Source: Nemertoderma westbladi (lineage: Eukaryota; Animalia; Xenacoelomorpha). From it: a stretch of 44,829 bases of DNA. The position numbers were made by a program, and so were the translations under genes. Below are positions 1-12,618 of this stretch, in pieces. The stretch covers positions 1 to 44,829 of the forward strand of contig JAUCBJ010006871.1 of NCBI GenBank assembly GCA_032718475.1, written 5' to 3'. How positions within the stretch are numbered: the first letter of the stretch is position 1; every line of letters begins with the position of its first letter. The notes beneath the pieces were generated by a model. It searched no databases. It worked only from the letters and a program-made list of their open reading frames with translations, and was not told the DNA's origin.

Positions 1-829
1 ACGCGAATCAATATTGATGGTGACAGATGGTCATTAAACACCACGATTTAGCACCGGAATTTGGCATTTTTTAATTGCCTCCGAGATGTGGCCCGTAGCC
101 CAGGCTAGGGAGGAGTTATTGGAGGGCTATGCTTCTCCTACTACTGGGGTGTAGGTGAATATGGTGGAGTGCGTGGCGTGAATATGGTAATTATATTCGT
201 GTGGGGGGGGGGGGTGTATCTTTCTGCAAAATTTCGCTATATTTCGATAAGAGTTGTAGGAGAAAATACATTTCTTACAAAAGGGTGAGTACAAAACAAA
301 GGTACTGTTTGTTACGTTTGGTGCGTTACGTCCCAGATTTTGACTTGGAACCACACCAACATTACTTGTGCTACTATACTAAATGTTTCCGTTTATACAG
401 TGTGTTTATTTCATTGTATGTTATGGGCAATGTTTCCTGAAATTAATACTTATTAATTATTATTATCATTATTAATAACAATTAATGTTTCATTAAATAA
501 CGTATAATTAATTTACATTATAAATTACAAACATGTATAAGTATATAATTTATTCTGTCCTAATTTGTATTTGTAAGACAGATAGTCGGCGAAATTCTTA
601 CTCAACCGCATGAAAATTATAACAATCATAACTTTGTTCATACTTATAATATTTTTTCTATAGGCCTACTGATATTATTATTTTTAACATTTCAGAGGGA
701 TAAGGATAGGTATGAGGCAATTCCCCCAGAATATATGAACGTAGTAACTGCCACACAGGTTATAGATGCGCCACCGGTTATGGAGCGGGCGCATCTATCC
801 TGTGTGGTAGTTAATATCGTAACATCTCA

Positions 830-2110
830 TAAAAAAAAAATTTGGCCACTTTTTTGTATATTGCGCCGCTAAATGAAATAAGAAACGTCCCATTTGCAAT
901 AGACTAATACATGAAAAAACTACTATAGCTGGTTTTTCATGTCGAGGGAGAGAACTTACAAATTTCTTTTGTAACTGACCCGAAGCAATAGGAAGAAATA
1001 CTTCATCTAGTAATTGCCTAGCAATCATATTCCCATTGTCAGCTTTATGGGTCAGAAATTCAATAGCTATAGGAATGCCAGTTGGCCTCAGTTTCCGTTG
1101 GCGTTCATTACCATCTAACCAAGGGCATTTTTTAATCTTTAAATTACATTTATGTCTTTTTCCTACCTATAATGCCAAAGTACTCAAAGAAATTTTCAAG
1201 GTTATCACATACCCTTAATCCAGGCGCTCTTATACTAAATTAAGTTATTGCATCAGCAACATACACAACACACTCTTCCCTATCTCATTCAGTATCTCCC
1301 TCATAAATTAAGTTATTGCATCAGCAACATACACACTCTTCACTATCTCATTAACAGTAAGTACCTGATTATTTGAGAATTGGCGTCATTCTGGAAGCCC
1401 ATTTATATCTTCATGTGCCTGGACAGCTTCAAGAATACCAACATCACCTTCAGTGAACTTAACAATACCATGTTGATATTCTAGTGTTAAAGTCGACACA
1501 TGGACAAAGTCAACATTTGTTCGTATATAGGGAAAACCTAGAAGGTTATGTACAACTTCTGGAAAACCCATTTCTGTTTTAAGATTTTATTTACACCTGT
1601 TATTTTTATTCCTTCTTGCTCACCAGGTGTGACCTTAATTTCATTTGAATCTTTCTGACCCTGGATTTTAATTGACCATCTTTCCTCTTGACCTCCTAAG
1701 TATGTTGCACAGTATGATGCACAAAACTTGGTGTCGCATACTTGAACATTAGTGGCAGATCTCATAAGCCACCAAAAAATAGGGATTGTAGGTATAGCAA
1801 GCTCATTTTCATTTTTGTTCAAGTTCATTTTTGTTTGTACTAGGTTAACAGACTCAATGTCATCTAGAGCCTCTTCAGAATATAGACCAAGGGTTGGTTT
1901 AAACCAATGCTCACCACTATTTGGATGATGATGCACTCTACACATTTTTTATCCCCAGTTTCGGCATAAATACGTTTGTGGCAACGACAATTAGCTCTAT
2001 CACAGTTGTGCATTTGAACATTGCTCAATTCTAAGACATGATGTGCATCTTCTAATGTGGGTAATTCCATCCAAAGACAACAAATCGGTGTGGCACTATA
2101 TCCCAGATTT
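830..2110 (-). pseudogene. Degenerate Helitron-like Rep (rolling-circle transposase) fragment
   Basis: Frameshifted pieces read NVQMHNC..RC.KR...KCRVHHHP, then PTIPIF..MRSATNVQVCDTKFCASYCATYLGGQEE (resembles Rep motif 3, Y-x3-Y), then GFPEVVHNLLGFPY..DFVHVST, GLPE*RQFSNNQ and CPWLDGNERQRKLR. Multiple stops and frameshifts; the HUH motif is not seen. Confidence 0.6.
1236..1358. repeat. Imperfect tandem duplication of about 70 bp
   Basis: taaattaagttattgcatcagcaacatacac...ctatctcatt occurs twice in succession. Confidence 0.8.
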
Positions 2111-3092
2111 CAAAAATAATTCTAATATATGTTGTAAATTGGTTACGTAATGAGTGTTCAAAATTTGGCGCCAATTGGAGCACAGGAAAAAAATTTACAT
2201 CCACTTTTGTTTTGGTTTTTGTCAAAATTGAACAATATATTATTGGCATTATTGTTGGTCTACAAATCGGGAAGACGCCAAAAATGTGTCTTGGATGTAG
2301 TTAATATAATAATTATTCATTTAGCAAAGAATTGTGAACCACCGGGTTTGTAGACCTGTTGTGCCGGCACTTTTCATTTTACTAAAATTTTGGAAAAATT
2401 TAATTTATGGGTATGTTTTGATTGCGAATTATTCAACTATCAATGATTGCTGTTTAATAAATATAAGTTATTATGTGCTACTCACATATATTAAATATAT
2501 CTTTTAAGTGTTTTTTCAATTAAAATAGTGTGTAAATTGAAACTGTATTGACATTTCAATAAAGGTCAATAAAGGTCTACATATATATTTCGTTCTGAAA
2601 ACTTGCATGGTGGTTCGTTAGGCAATTATTGGGGAGCCTTGTAAATTTTAACATTCACCCATTATTAGTTTTGGTTTTATTTATTATTTAGAGTATAGGA
2701 CCGGCAGGTTTAATTTAACTTCTTTCTCTAAGGCACATTCAACTTCAGACATGTCGGCTTGTGTTTTCTCAAAGCAAACCAACTCGTGATTGGCATATGT
2801 ATTCTCAGCATGGGACTCCAGTAGCTGCAGTAGCTGGCTGGCTGGCTTCGCTTCCTTTAGCTGCAGTACATAGCTCGCTACCGCTACACCTATACAAGTG
2901 GTATTGCCAAGGAAATAACGTTGTGGGTTATAATGTTATATCCCAGGTTTGTTCAGAATGATTACAACAATAATGAACAGCGTCAGTTCCTGCAGCGCTG
3001 GTGTTTGGAGTTTAGGAAGGGGGATTCTCAATAGGGGATTTCCAGTTTGGTTACTTGGGGAATTTTGAATGCCACTGAACCCGCTAGACCTG

Positions 3093-5731
3093 TTACTGAC
3101 ACACTAAACATGTGCTTGTAGCCTTCTTGAAGTTACGCCGCATGACGACGAGTTCTACCGAGCGTACTAAACCATCATCCGAGATGTGAGTCTCGATGAT
3201 ACGACCTGTCTGCCACCGTTTACGTGGGAGGTCTTGATCTACAATAAGCACCATATCTCCGGCGCTGACGTTTTCTTGCTGCGCAAACCACTTAGTTCGA
3301 AGTTGTAGCGTGGGCAGATAATGTTTCTCGAAATGGTCAGCGAAACGACGGGATAGCAACTGCATAAGTTGCCAAGTTCGACGGCAGTATTCGTCTCCGT
3401 CGGCAATCTCCGATCGTGGGAGCATGGCTACAGGTTTCTTCAGTAGGAAGTGCGCGGGTGTTAGCGCTTCCAGGGAATCGGGACTCGATGAGACTGGCAT
3501 AAGCGGTCTCTCGTTGAGATAGGCAGCTATTTCCTCCATTAACGTCCGCAAAAGTTCGTCGGTGAGATACGCGCGGCATGGCACTATAAAGTGAAATGCG
3601 GTTTTGACACTTCAAATTAATCTCTCCCAACTTCCTCCCCACCAAGGGGCGTCGGCGGCGTTGAAGGTCCAGCTAGACGCTGTTATCCTTAGCTGGTCGT
3701 CCACCTGTCTTTGGTTCCAGTCCTTCACGTAAGCCTGTATTTCGTTGTTGGCACCAATGAAGTTCGTTCCCTTATCCAATCTCATGGTATTACTCGTCCC
3801 GAAGCGAGCGATCTGTCGTCGTAAACTTAAGACGAAGCTGTTGGTAGATAGATCGTTCACCATATCGAGATGGATGGCTCTACAAGTCATGCACACGAAG
3901 ATGACACACCATCTCTTGACTATAGTCCTAGCACGATATACTTCAATAGGGCCAAATAAATCTACACCAGTATTAGTAAAAGGTGGTTCATAGAAGCTTA
4001 CTCGTTCCCTAGGTAATTCTGCCTCTCGCTGTGTTAAAGGCCTACTGAATGCTTTCCTACAGGGTATGCAGTTCCTAAGAACTTGGTTCAGCGCTCTAAT
4101 AATAGCGAGTTCGAATTTCGCTAAGAACTCGTTCTCTACCAGCATGATAAAGTTTACTGTGAACATCTACAATCATCTTGATTTGTACTTCAAGATTTCT
4201 AATGAGTATGGGGAATTTAGTGTCAAAGGATAAGGGCGCATTGGTGAGTCTTCCTCCAACACGTATTAACCCATCTATCATTGTGCTCGAGAATCGATCC
4301 CTTAAGCGCATCTGCGGATTTCTCAACAACAGGAAATACTTTTCGGAATCCTCATAGCATTGCAGGAGTCTCAGTATCTGCTTATTGGTTTCTTCATGCT
4401 CCTGGTGACTAATTTTCTCCTTTAGAAAACGGTCAGATGTCTTATATTTGGGTAAAATTTTAATAACATGAACTTGTGCAGATGTCAATGGAGCGGTATC
4501 ACTAGTGGTCTTCGTCCTGGAGTAGTGATGATGAAAACATCGTCTTAAATATGTGACGGCTTTACAGAGCCTATTCCAGGAACTGTAGTGATGCATTGCT
4601 CTCTGCAGCATGGGTGAGATTCCTTGCGAGACGTCTGGTATTCCAGATTTCCAATCTCTATCTCTAATTTCCACAACAGACTTATTTGTGTTGAGGGATT
4701 GTGGATCCGAAGCATCATTCCCGGAAGTATGTAATACAGATAGATCGATAGTCGGTTTAAATAACTTCGATTTACTCGCCCGGGTTTTAGGTTTGACTGT
4801 CTCCGCTCCCTTGGCTTGTCTAATCGTCTGCTGTCTAATGTCTCCATTGATCTATCTTTGTGCGACTAAGAATAATAGCTACCCTGTTAGTAACAAAAAC
4901 GCTGAACTGACAGACTTCATTGGTTAGATACTCCAACACGAGTAAAGCGTCGGTCCAATAAACCGTTTTCTCCAGTGGATAGTCGATTTGTTCCGTTACG
5001 TTCCGGCCGATGGCTGTAGCGTATAAAGCCGCCTTTAACTCCGCTCGAGGAACCTTTAACTTGTTGTTAATCAATGCCTTAGAGGTAACCAAGGCGACTT
5101 TGATTCCATCCGGGGTTTCGACTCGCAGATATGCTACTATACCTATTCCCATGTCGCTGGCGTCTCCAAACACATGGAGTTGATAGGAATACGTAGGAAG
5201 AACATGGCCAAAATATGCACGGGAAATTATAAAGTTCTCGATGGCAGGTAGAGAATCTTCCCATTTCATCCATTTCTTTAACAATTCTCCCTTAAGCGGA
5301 TCGTCCCACGAGTGGTTTTCAAGCCACATTTGTTGTACTAAACTCCGAGCAATCAATATAACTGGGCTAATAAATCCCAATGGGTCGAAATAAGTGCTCA
5401 GGATACTTAAACAAATCCGTTTGGTCCGAACTGGATTATCTCGCTGTTTTAACTGAAAAAACAGGATGTCTCTTTCAGTGTCCCACTTCAAGCCTAGCGT
5501 CTTGGTTTCAGGAAGATCGTCCTTTATTAAGTCTAGGTCTTTCGTTCCTCGGTCTTCTACCGGTATGGCTTCCAGAAACTCACGGGAGTTGCTAGTGAAT
5601 TTCGTCAGTCGAAATCCACCTCTTTTCAAACACTCTACCGTTCCTTTCGCAACATCTATGGCTTCTTCTACTGATGGAAAGGACCTTAAATTGTCGTCCA
5701 TGTATATATTACGTTTTATGTTGTCTATCAC
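3093..5731 (-). mobile_element. BEL/Pao LTR retrotransposon pol remnant (RT C-terminus, RNase H, integrase, DUF5641-like C-terminus), frameshifted and truncated
   Basis: NIYMDDNL (RT), FDPLGFISP, HVFGDASD..IG and VPRAELKAA (Pao RNase H), GVDLFGP, RAIHLDMV, DKGTNFIGA, APWWGGSWERLI (integrase), LNERPL, ALTPAHFL, DGLVRSVE. RT-RH-IN order; no LTRs seen. Confidence 0.95.
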
Positions 5732-6330
5732 TTCTTATACATTGCACATGTACACCTATAATAATATGCATATCTTACTTCATCTACCAGATTTTGTTCT
5801 AAAATATGGGCCTTTAGATAGTTGGAGTGCGTTTCCTTTCGAGTCATACATGGCAGTTTTGAAAAGAAGTTTGAAGTCAAAAAGGATTGACCTTGTGTTA
5901 CAAGAAGCAATGGGTAAATGTCTTTGTGAATCATACTCGAGATTAAATCAGTTGTGTCGGTCTGTAGAAAAGCCTCTTATTTTAAGAAATGGCCATTGTG
6001 TCCTAACAAATGGCTATATTATCATTATCGGCAACATCTTCAAGCCCAATGAAACATCCTCATCAATGCATGTTAGGTTACCGGTATCATTCTTATCAAA
6101 TAGTAGGCCTAAATCAATAGTAATTAGTGGAACTATCTTGGATTTCATCAGTGATATATACACTATACCATGCCAAAGTGGAGGATGTGGAGAAGGATAT
6201 TATAAAATGGGCAATCTTATTGAAAACTACACATTACAGTTAACTAATTTCCAGTGATGTATATGTTTCCCAACTTCTTTCAACAACAGTGATGTTTATT
6301 TTGTTTCTGTTTTATGTAATAGTCAAAATT
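5731..6330 (+). pseudogene. CMC/EnSpm (CACTA-type) transposase C-terminal fragment
   Basis: YNNMHILLHLPDFVLKYGPLDSWSAFPFESYMAVLKR is the conserved EnSpm transposase motif (H.LLHL..V...GPL..S.FPFE...LK). It abuts the truncated BEL RT. Confidence 0.85.
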
Positions 6331-6518
6331 AGATCATTTATAAATTGAATTGTGTGATGTACCTGAGTAGGACTGGACTATCAATGTATTATAGTGTATA
6401 CTGACACTAATGTCTCAAAACTAGCTAGTCGTGAAAGAAACTGTCTCAAACTACACGATCGTGAGGTGAACTATTTTTAACCATTTGTACCATATTTGAG
6501 AAACATTCAATTAAGAAT

Positions 6519-7642
6519 ATGTTTTGCGTTGTTATATTCGAATCATCTAATGATCAATCAACGGTGCATCATAACACTGTTGATATAGAGCAAACCGGGA
6601 TCTGCTGTACTAATTGGCTTTCAAATGATGACACCTCTGTCTTCTATCCACGGAACAACATCCACAAAGCGCTTAAACATAACGTTGTCGCTCAAGATTC
6701 TTCTGTTGGTCCATGGGACTCATGGAAAATCATCAGAATAGTCCAGTTTTTTTCTCAAATCCACCCCCGATGGCGCAGGTGGTACTCCCCATTCTCCCCA
6801 TTCTTCCCATTTACGTCTGCATCACCATACTCCTCTTTACAACCTGACAATTATGAACCACGAGATGTTAGTTCATTGCAGGAACCGATTATATCCGAAT
6901 ACACTAGCCCTATTGTAGCCAACCTCCCACAACCCAACTACACCACACTTTCCAGCTCAAATGGTCCAACCCCACAGACTTATAGTAGAGCAAATGTTTA
7001 TAATATGACTACTACCGGTACCTCAAACGCCAACTGTATTTCAAATACACAAAGAAAAAGATCCATAGAATATAATTTAGATACTGCCCGGAAATTATCA
7101 GACCGACAATTAATGGAACAAATATATGTCATGTCCTGCAAAACCAGATCCGATATATTTTCCCTCCAATCAAAAGTAGCCTCGCTTAAAGAACAAGTTA
7201 AAGACATAAACAACAAGATAGGAGACAATGCACCAATTACGTTTAATTCTTCAGGCGATTCTTCATTCCCACCTCCTCCAGCTGCCAATGAAGAATCACT
7301 TACAACCATCATCAATCATTCCAACATATGCGACTTACTCAAACGAGAAACTTGTAAATCTTAAAAAAAACGGTATCTAAACAATTACGGAGACTGATTA
7401 CTGACGAATTCGCACGTAAATCATCCGTGACCAGAAGGTCAACTATAAATGGTTGCCCAGTCAAATATTCGCTTCAGAAACTGGGTGTTACCAATCTGCT
7501 ATTTATTGTTAATTCTCAGAAATTTGACGGCATTAGTATGGAGGAGTTGGTAGATGCCATGAGGAAAACTCATCACTTGATGTGCGATACAAGAAACGGT
7601 AAATGGATAATTAAACAATATAATAACAATATAGTAAATTAA
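6519..7642 (+). pseudogene. DUF4806-like accessory gene of an animal EnSpm element, with a frameshift near 7362
   Basis: N-terminal MFCVVIF...NWL....VFYP...W, a Ser/Pro-rich linker and a coiled coil, then after a poly-A slip KTVSKQLRRLITDEFARK...KYSLQKLGV. Lies directly downstream of the EnSpm transposase. Confidence 0.65.
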
Positions 7643-8104
7643 TTAATAAATAAATAATATTTATAAATTTATCTTTATTTATCTTTTATATTATATATTA
7701 TTTATCTTTATAAAATTTTATTTAGAAACATATCCAAACCAATAAGTGTTATAAAGAGGATATAATGCAGATGTACAGTCCCAATCCCAATAAACATTAA
7801 CTTGGTCGTTTTGGCGGCCAAAATGACCAAAATCACCAAAAAAAATGTAGTGTATTCCTATGGGCTACTTGGTCGTTTTGGCGAAGCGATTTAACTCGAA
7901 TCAGCTCAATCCAGACAGTCTGTCTCCTTGGCCATCCATTTGGTGGATCTGACTAAATGTCGGCTCGCTTTCATTTTTATTATTGACAGATTGTTAACTT
8001 ACCCGGCGCTGAGCCTTGCAGTACTGAAGTTCGCCCACTGAGGCATTGATAGAGTACACAGTCTTATAAAAGGAGTTGAATGGGGCTTCGTTAAAGGAGG
8101 AGTA

Positions 8105-9188
8105 GGGTGAGTGAGGGAGACTTGAACCCCAAAAGTTATAATCGCTCTAAAGAACAGATAAATAAATTTTTCAATGCCGTTTTAACTTTTTCACCTTACA
8201 TTTATGATTGCTATCATTATGTGAGAGTTTGAGAATTTCAACGCTTAAACTTTTTTAATTAAACCAATACAGAAGAAGTGTAATAATTACATGTTCAACA
8301 TGTCTATTTTCTAGTAGAGCAAAAAAAATTCAAAAAATGCGATTGTTCAATTATTATCCAAAATTTTATACAAATTTAGGTGGTCGTTCACATGGTTCTC
8401 CCAACAAGAACTGAATAAATAATAGTTCATTAAAATCGCATTAAAATTTAACGCGGGAAGGTACTTTTTATTAATGAATATCTTGTATAATTTTCAATCC
8501 AGGCATATATTATTTGTTTTCCTGTAATTCTATTGATGTGTGCCGCTTTCTGACATAGCAGCATCTTGTTTAAGTTGTCAATCACCAAATTGGTGGACTA
8601 CCACATTGCAAAGAGGGAAGGAAGAGTTGTTGGTTGGCTTGGCTGGGTTTATCAAGGCCTCTCTCTCTCCCTGGCCACTCCATTGTATTCACATTCCATT
8701 CATACAGTAGCTTGGTCTGTGTAAGTGCTGATCAACTAGTTGGAGTGCTCTGGTGTAATAGTTCTCTTCGTGGGTGTATCTCTAGGTAGACGCAGCATTG
8801 AAGGCTTCAAGTCTCCCTAACACTCGGGCGTCATGTCTCCCCACATGGGCTTTTTTTATATTTATTGATATAATTTCAAAACGGCTGAACCAAAACTGGA
8901 AAACAATATATGGCAGGATAGTACAATACTGAATTACAATTAACATACAGTAAAATAAAGATGCGATTCATTCGTTGTAAAGGGGAAAAATTTACTTTTG
9001 AACCCAGAAAACGTTTATTGACAATAAAACAAAAAATAACCAAAAGGTAATAAAACATTGTTGCGCGGCTGTAGCCAACATGTATTTTACCCATTTTTGT
9101 GTGGTATTGTCAAATAATTTACAATAGTTTTGAGTTATTAAAAAAAATCCTAAAGTCTCCCCTAAAGTCAAGTCTCCCTCTCTCACCC
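8105..9188. mobile_element. TA-flanked TIR element nested in the element above
   Basis: ta|gggtgagtgagggagacttga ... tcaagtctccctctctcaccc|ta (21 bp TIR, one mismatch). Confidence 0.65.
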
Positions 9189-9204
9189 TATGTATAATAA
9201 TCTG

Positions 9205-9372
9205 AACGTCCCGAAATTAATTTATGGACGTCCCGAAATTAACTTATGGACGACCCGAAATTAATTTATGGACGTCCCGAAATTAATCTATCAACCAATC
9301 AGAATCGTAATGAAATAACTAATTAATGGACGTCCATAAATTAATTTCGGGATGTTAATTTCGGCAATTAAT
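9205..9372. repeat. 22-bp tandem repeat (ggacgtcccgaaattaatttat) x4 plus an inverted copy
   Basis: Directly visible; resembles subterminal repeats of a TIR element. Confidence 0.8.
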
Positions 9373-9446
9373 TTCAATAATATTTTTTTTTATAATAAAT
9401 TTTTTTTTAAATATTTTTTTACAATGTATAATTCGCGGACACTGCG

Positions 9447-9849
9447 GGGTGACTACAAAACAAAGACCCAATTATAAAGACCTGCACAATCTTGTTACAT
9501 GTGTTAACTTTCGTTAATTGTTTTGAATCCCCCGTCACGCCTCTGTAACTTGCTCCTTTACTAACCTGCTCCTTTAAATAGCAATGGTACATAACGCTCA
9601 TTGTGACCTGTACAAAACAAAGAGGTAAAGTCGCGTTACGTCCCAAAGAGCGTTCGGTTCCAAAGAGCTTTAGGTCCCATTGCCAGAGAGCGTGAGGTCA
9701 CATTGCCATTTAAAGGAGCAGGTTAGTAAAGAAGCAGGTTACAGAGGCGTGTTGGGGAACCAAAACAATAAACGAGAGTTAACACATGTGTTTTGTATTT
9801 GTACAGGTCTTTATTATTTGGGTCGTTGGTCTTTGTTTTGTAGTCACCC
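9447..9849. mobile_element. Mutator-like foldback MITE with 9-bp TSD
   Basis: gggtgactacaaaacaaagacc ... ggtctttgttttgtagtcaccc with long imperfect inverted arms; gacactgcg is duplicated at 9438-9446 and 9850-9858. Confidence 0.9.
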
Positions 9850-10949
9850 GACACTGCGTTTTTGTGTGGGGGCCACCAATCCACCCACCCACACTCAACT
9901 CCCAACTTCCTGGACACTAGGAAACTGAGTGAAAGCGTCTGAAACTACTACAGGAACTCCATGACAGACTATGGGCTAGCGACTAGGGACTGGCGCCCTT
10001 GAACATGTAAACTGTAGTACCTACTGTACCACCTACCTTAAAGTGACCTGTGGGACCAGCCCATTATTAATTAGTGAGGTCGGCATTTCTCTTTATCCTG
10101 CCGCTCTCTTTGTATTACAATAGCGTACAGCTAACCAATGGCAATGGTCTACCCCCAGTGCGGGAAAGACAAGCTGGCTACCATTGAAATGAATAGGGGA
10201 AGGATGGAATATATAGGTAATCTAATTAATTGTTTAAAGATTAGCAAACAATACAATGTAATTGAATTGATGAAATCCATAAATAAAACGTGGAAACAAA
10301 ATGTAATATCGGGATGCAAAATATAAATTTCTGAGCTAAGAAAGGGAAATTGGATACTGTACAACTTGTCTGGATACAAGCGGTCCGTTTACCTTATAAA
10401 ATGAAAAATAAACGTGCGAAATATAAAACAGTAGTAGTAGTGTCCATCTCGAACGGAACGGAACTGTCCGGGGGGGGGGGGGGGGGTGAGGAGGGAATGT
10501 CCGGAAATCGAAGCCTTTTTCTATCTGCCAACATCCTGGGCTTTACTTACACTCAGCCTCTATTCACTGGCTGTGATTGACAAGCCAACTTGCCTCAGAA
10601 GTTCCTTTCATGAATGCCGCAATTTATATTTGGCCATTTTGGTCGTTTTGGCCGCCAAAATGACCAAGTTAATGTTTATTGGGATTGGGACTGTAGAAGA
10701 GGTGGAACTACTTGCGCCAGCGGTGGTGTATTTAAGAATGAAATTGGGTCAAAATAACTTTGGTTTGTGGTAGGAGCAGAGGAAGGCTGTGTATGTATAA
10801 CATTTTTCGATGTACCAGTATATATTTTACACTATTATATGTTACTAACATATTATATATAATATATTTATAGGTGACGACCGTCTTCAAACTTAATAAG
10901 TCTTCGTGAGCTTTAATATCGTATTTCACACCGTCACATTTTCTTTTGT

Positions 10950-11043
10950 TCTCCGCACTAGAAACGCACTAAAAACGCAAAGCGAAACGCACGCGTATCG
11001 CACTAAATACGCACTGCGGAAAATGTGCGTTTGACACACTGGG
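10950..11043. mobile_element. Probable right terminus of a CMC/EnSpm element
   Basis: Clustered (aaa)cgcac(t) subterminal repeats in both orientations, ending ...gacacactggg (CCCAG-type end). Confidence 0.5.
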
Positions 11044-12041
11044 TACTTGCCTTTTTATTATCAGTTTTTTTTTAATTTCATACATTACATCCATACCTTC
11101 CCACCATCTTTACGAAATTCCAAGTAACTGTATACCTGGCTGCCTGGACCATCGCTAGACAATACATACAATTATGCAAGTTTGCATTGCCCCAATATGA
11201 CTCAGGTATCCCAGGTTTAATTAATAGGCCTAGGCTGCTTTATTTATTGAAATAAACTGATGATTAATAAGATTTTAATTCTGTAATTGGAATACCATTT
11301 CGACATTGTCACAATGAATGGTGTGATAAGCAGGGAGAAGTGACCGGTATTCTAATTACTATAATAGGCCTATGTATACCAGTATACTGCAGTACTGGTA
11401 TAGGCCTACCTATACTACAGTACTATTGATTGATTGATGTGAGCCTGTAAGGGCTCTTATATTTTTGTTCCAGAATGACCGCACACAATTTACAGATTTA
11501 AATATACAGTAGTTCACAAAACAAATTAACTAGGCGTCGGCCCCTATGCCAGTACCTTAATTCAGTAATTAATTAATTAAATGTTGAGATATTACTATGC
11601 ATCAATACAGCTATGTATATCACAGTATCAGTATGCCTACCTAGGCCTAATTCACAATCTACACATATTTGTCCTCAAGTAACCTTTTTTTTAAGACCGG
11701 CCTGGTAGGCCTAAGCCCAACTGACAGACGTTTCTTTGTATTAACTATTACTGATACCGGTAAGGCAAAATTTTAAAACAATTTGCATTCTTATGTGGAC
11801 ATACCAGCATGCACCACACAGCCGGTACCAGTCCAGCAGTCTGATGGAAAATCAAACCATCCACTGATGTTAGCCATCTGCAGAATGCTGACATGTTGCC
11901 TATGATTATTTACTCTGATTACTGACTTGTAGGCCCTACTGCATACTGCAATATTCTACCCTTCCAGCAGTACTGTATCACTGAAGTAACCAATCAGTAT
12001 TATTATTATTTTTTTATTATTATTATTGCCATACTTAAATA

Positions 12042-12098
12042 CAGTCCCAATCCTAATAAACATTAACTTGGTCATTTTGGCGACCAAAACGACCAAAT
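12042..12098. mobile_element. Solo third copy of the 7776/10693 TIR
   Basis: ta|cagtcccaatcctaataaacattaacttggtcattttggcgaccaaaacgaccaaa. Confidence 0.8.
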
Positions 12099-12269
12099 AT
12101 ATAACAAACAATAACAATAACAATAAACAATAACAAACAATATATAATAAACTTGGTATATGTAGTCTATCAATAGTTTAGAAATTTTACATATAGACAG
12201 ACTGCCCCTGATGGCCGCTTATTATAACAGTTCGCTGATGGCTCGCAGTTTTGACTCTCCCCATGCATA

Positions 12270-12464
12270 CACCATGTCCAGGAATATAGTGTAGTTATTC
12301 AGGTACCTGGACCCACCCCCCCCCCCCCCCCCCAAAGTTTTCTACAAATCTTAATGAGATTCCATGAAATTTGAACCAGAGATAGCCGTCAATAGCCCCG
12401 TCCGATAGTCCGACAATATCAACAAATCGCCATAAGGTTCGACACTATATTCCAGGACATGGTG
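12270..12464. mobile_element. TA-flanked MITE, 195 bp
   Basis: ta|caccatgtccaggaatatagtgt ... acactatattccaggacatggtg|ta. Confidence 0.8.
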
Positions 12465-12618
12465 TATGTCCATACACCCATATGTCTATAATGCGAAATT
12501 AACTAACACCATAAGGAACTAAACACTTAAAAACTACCAAAAATTATTCAGCTAATTATAATCACGTAAGGCATAAAAGATAGAGTTTATGTATAATTGT
12601 AAATTTGCCAAATGCAAA

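Larger units (their letters stand above)
7776..10693. mobile_element. TA-flanked non-autonomous TIR element (Tc1/mariner-type ends), about 2.9 kb with nested insertions
   Basis: About 58 bp TIR cagtcccaatcccaataaacattaacttggtc.ttttggcggccaaaa.gaccaaaat at 7776 and inverted ending at 10693, with TA on both sides. Confidence 0.75.

Noticed and set aside
5466-6257. 263-aa ORF as a single real gene
   Set aside because: The first 88 or so codons are antisense to BEL RT; only the part after about 5731 is EnSpm transposase, so the fusion is accidental.
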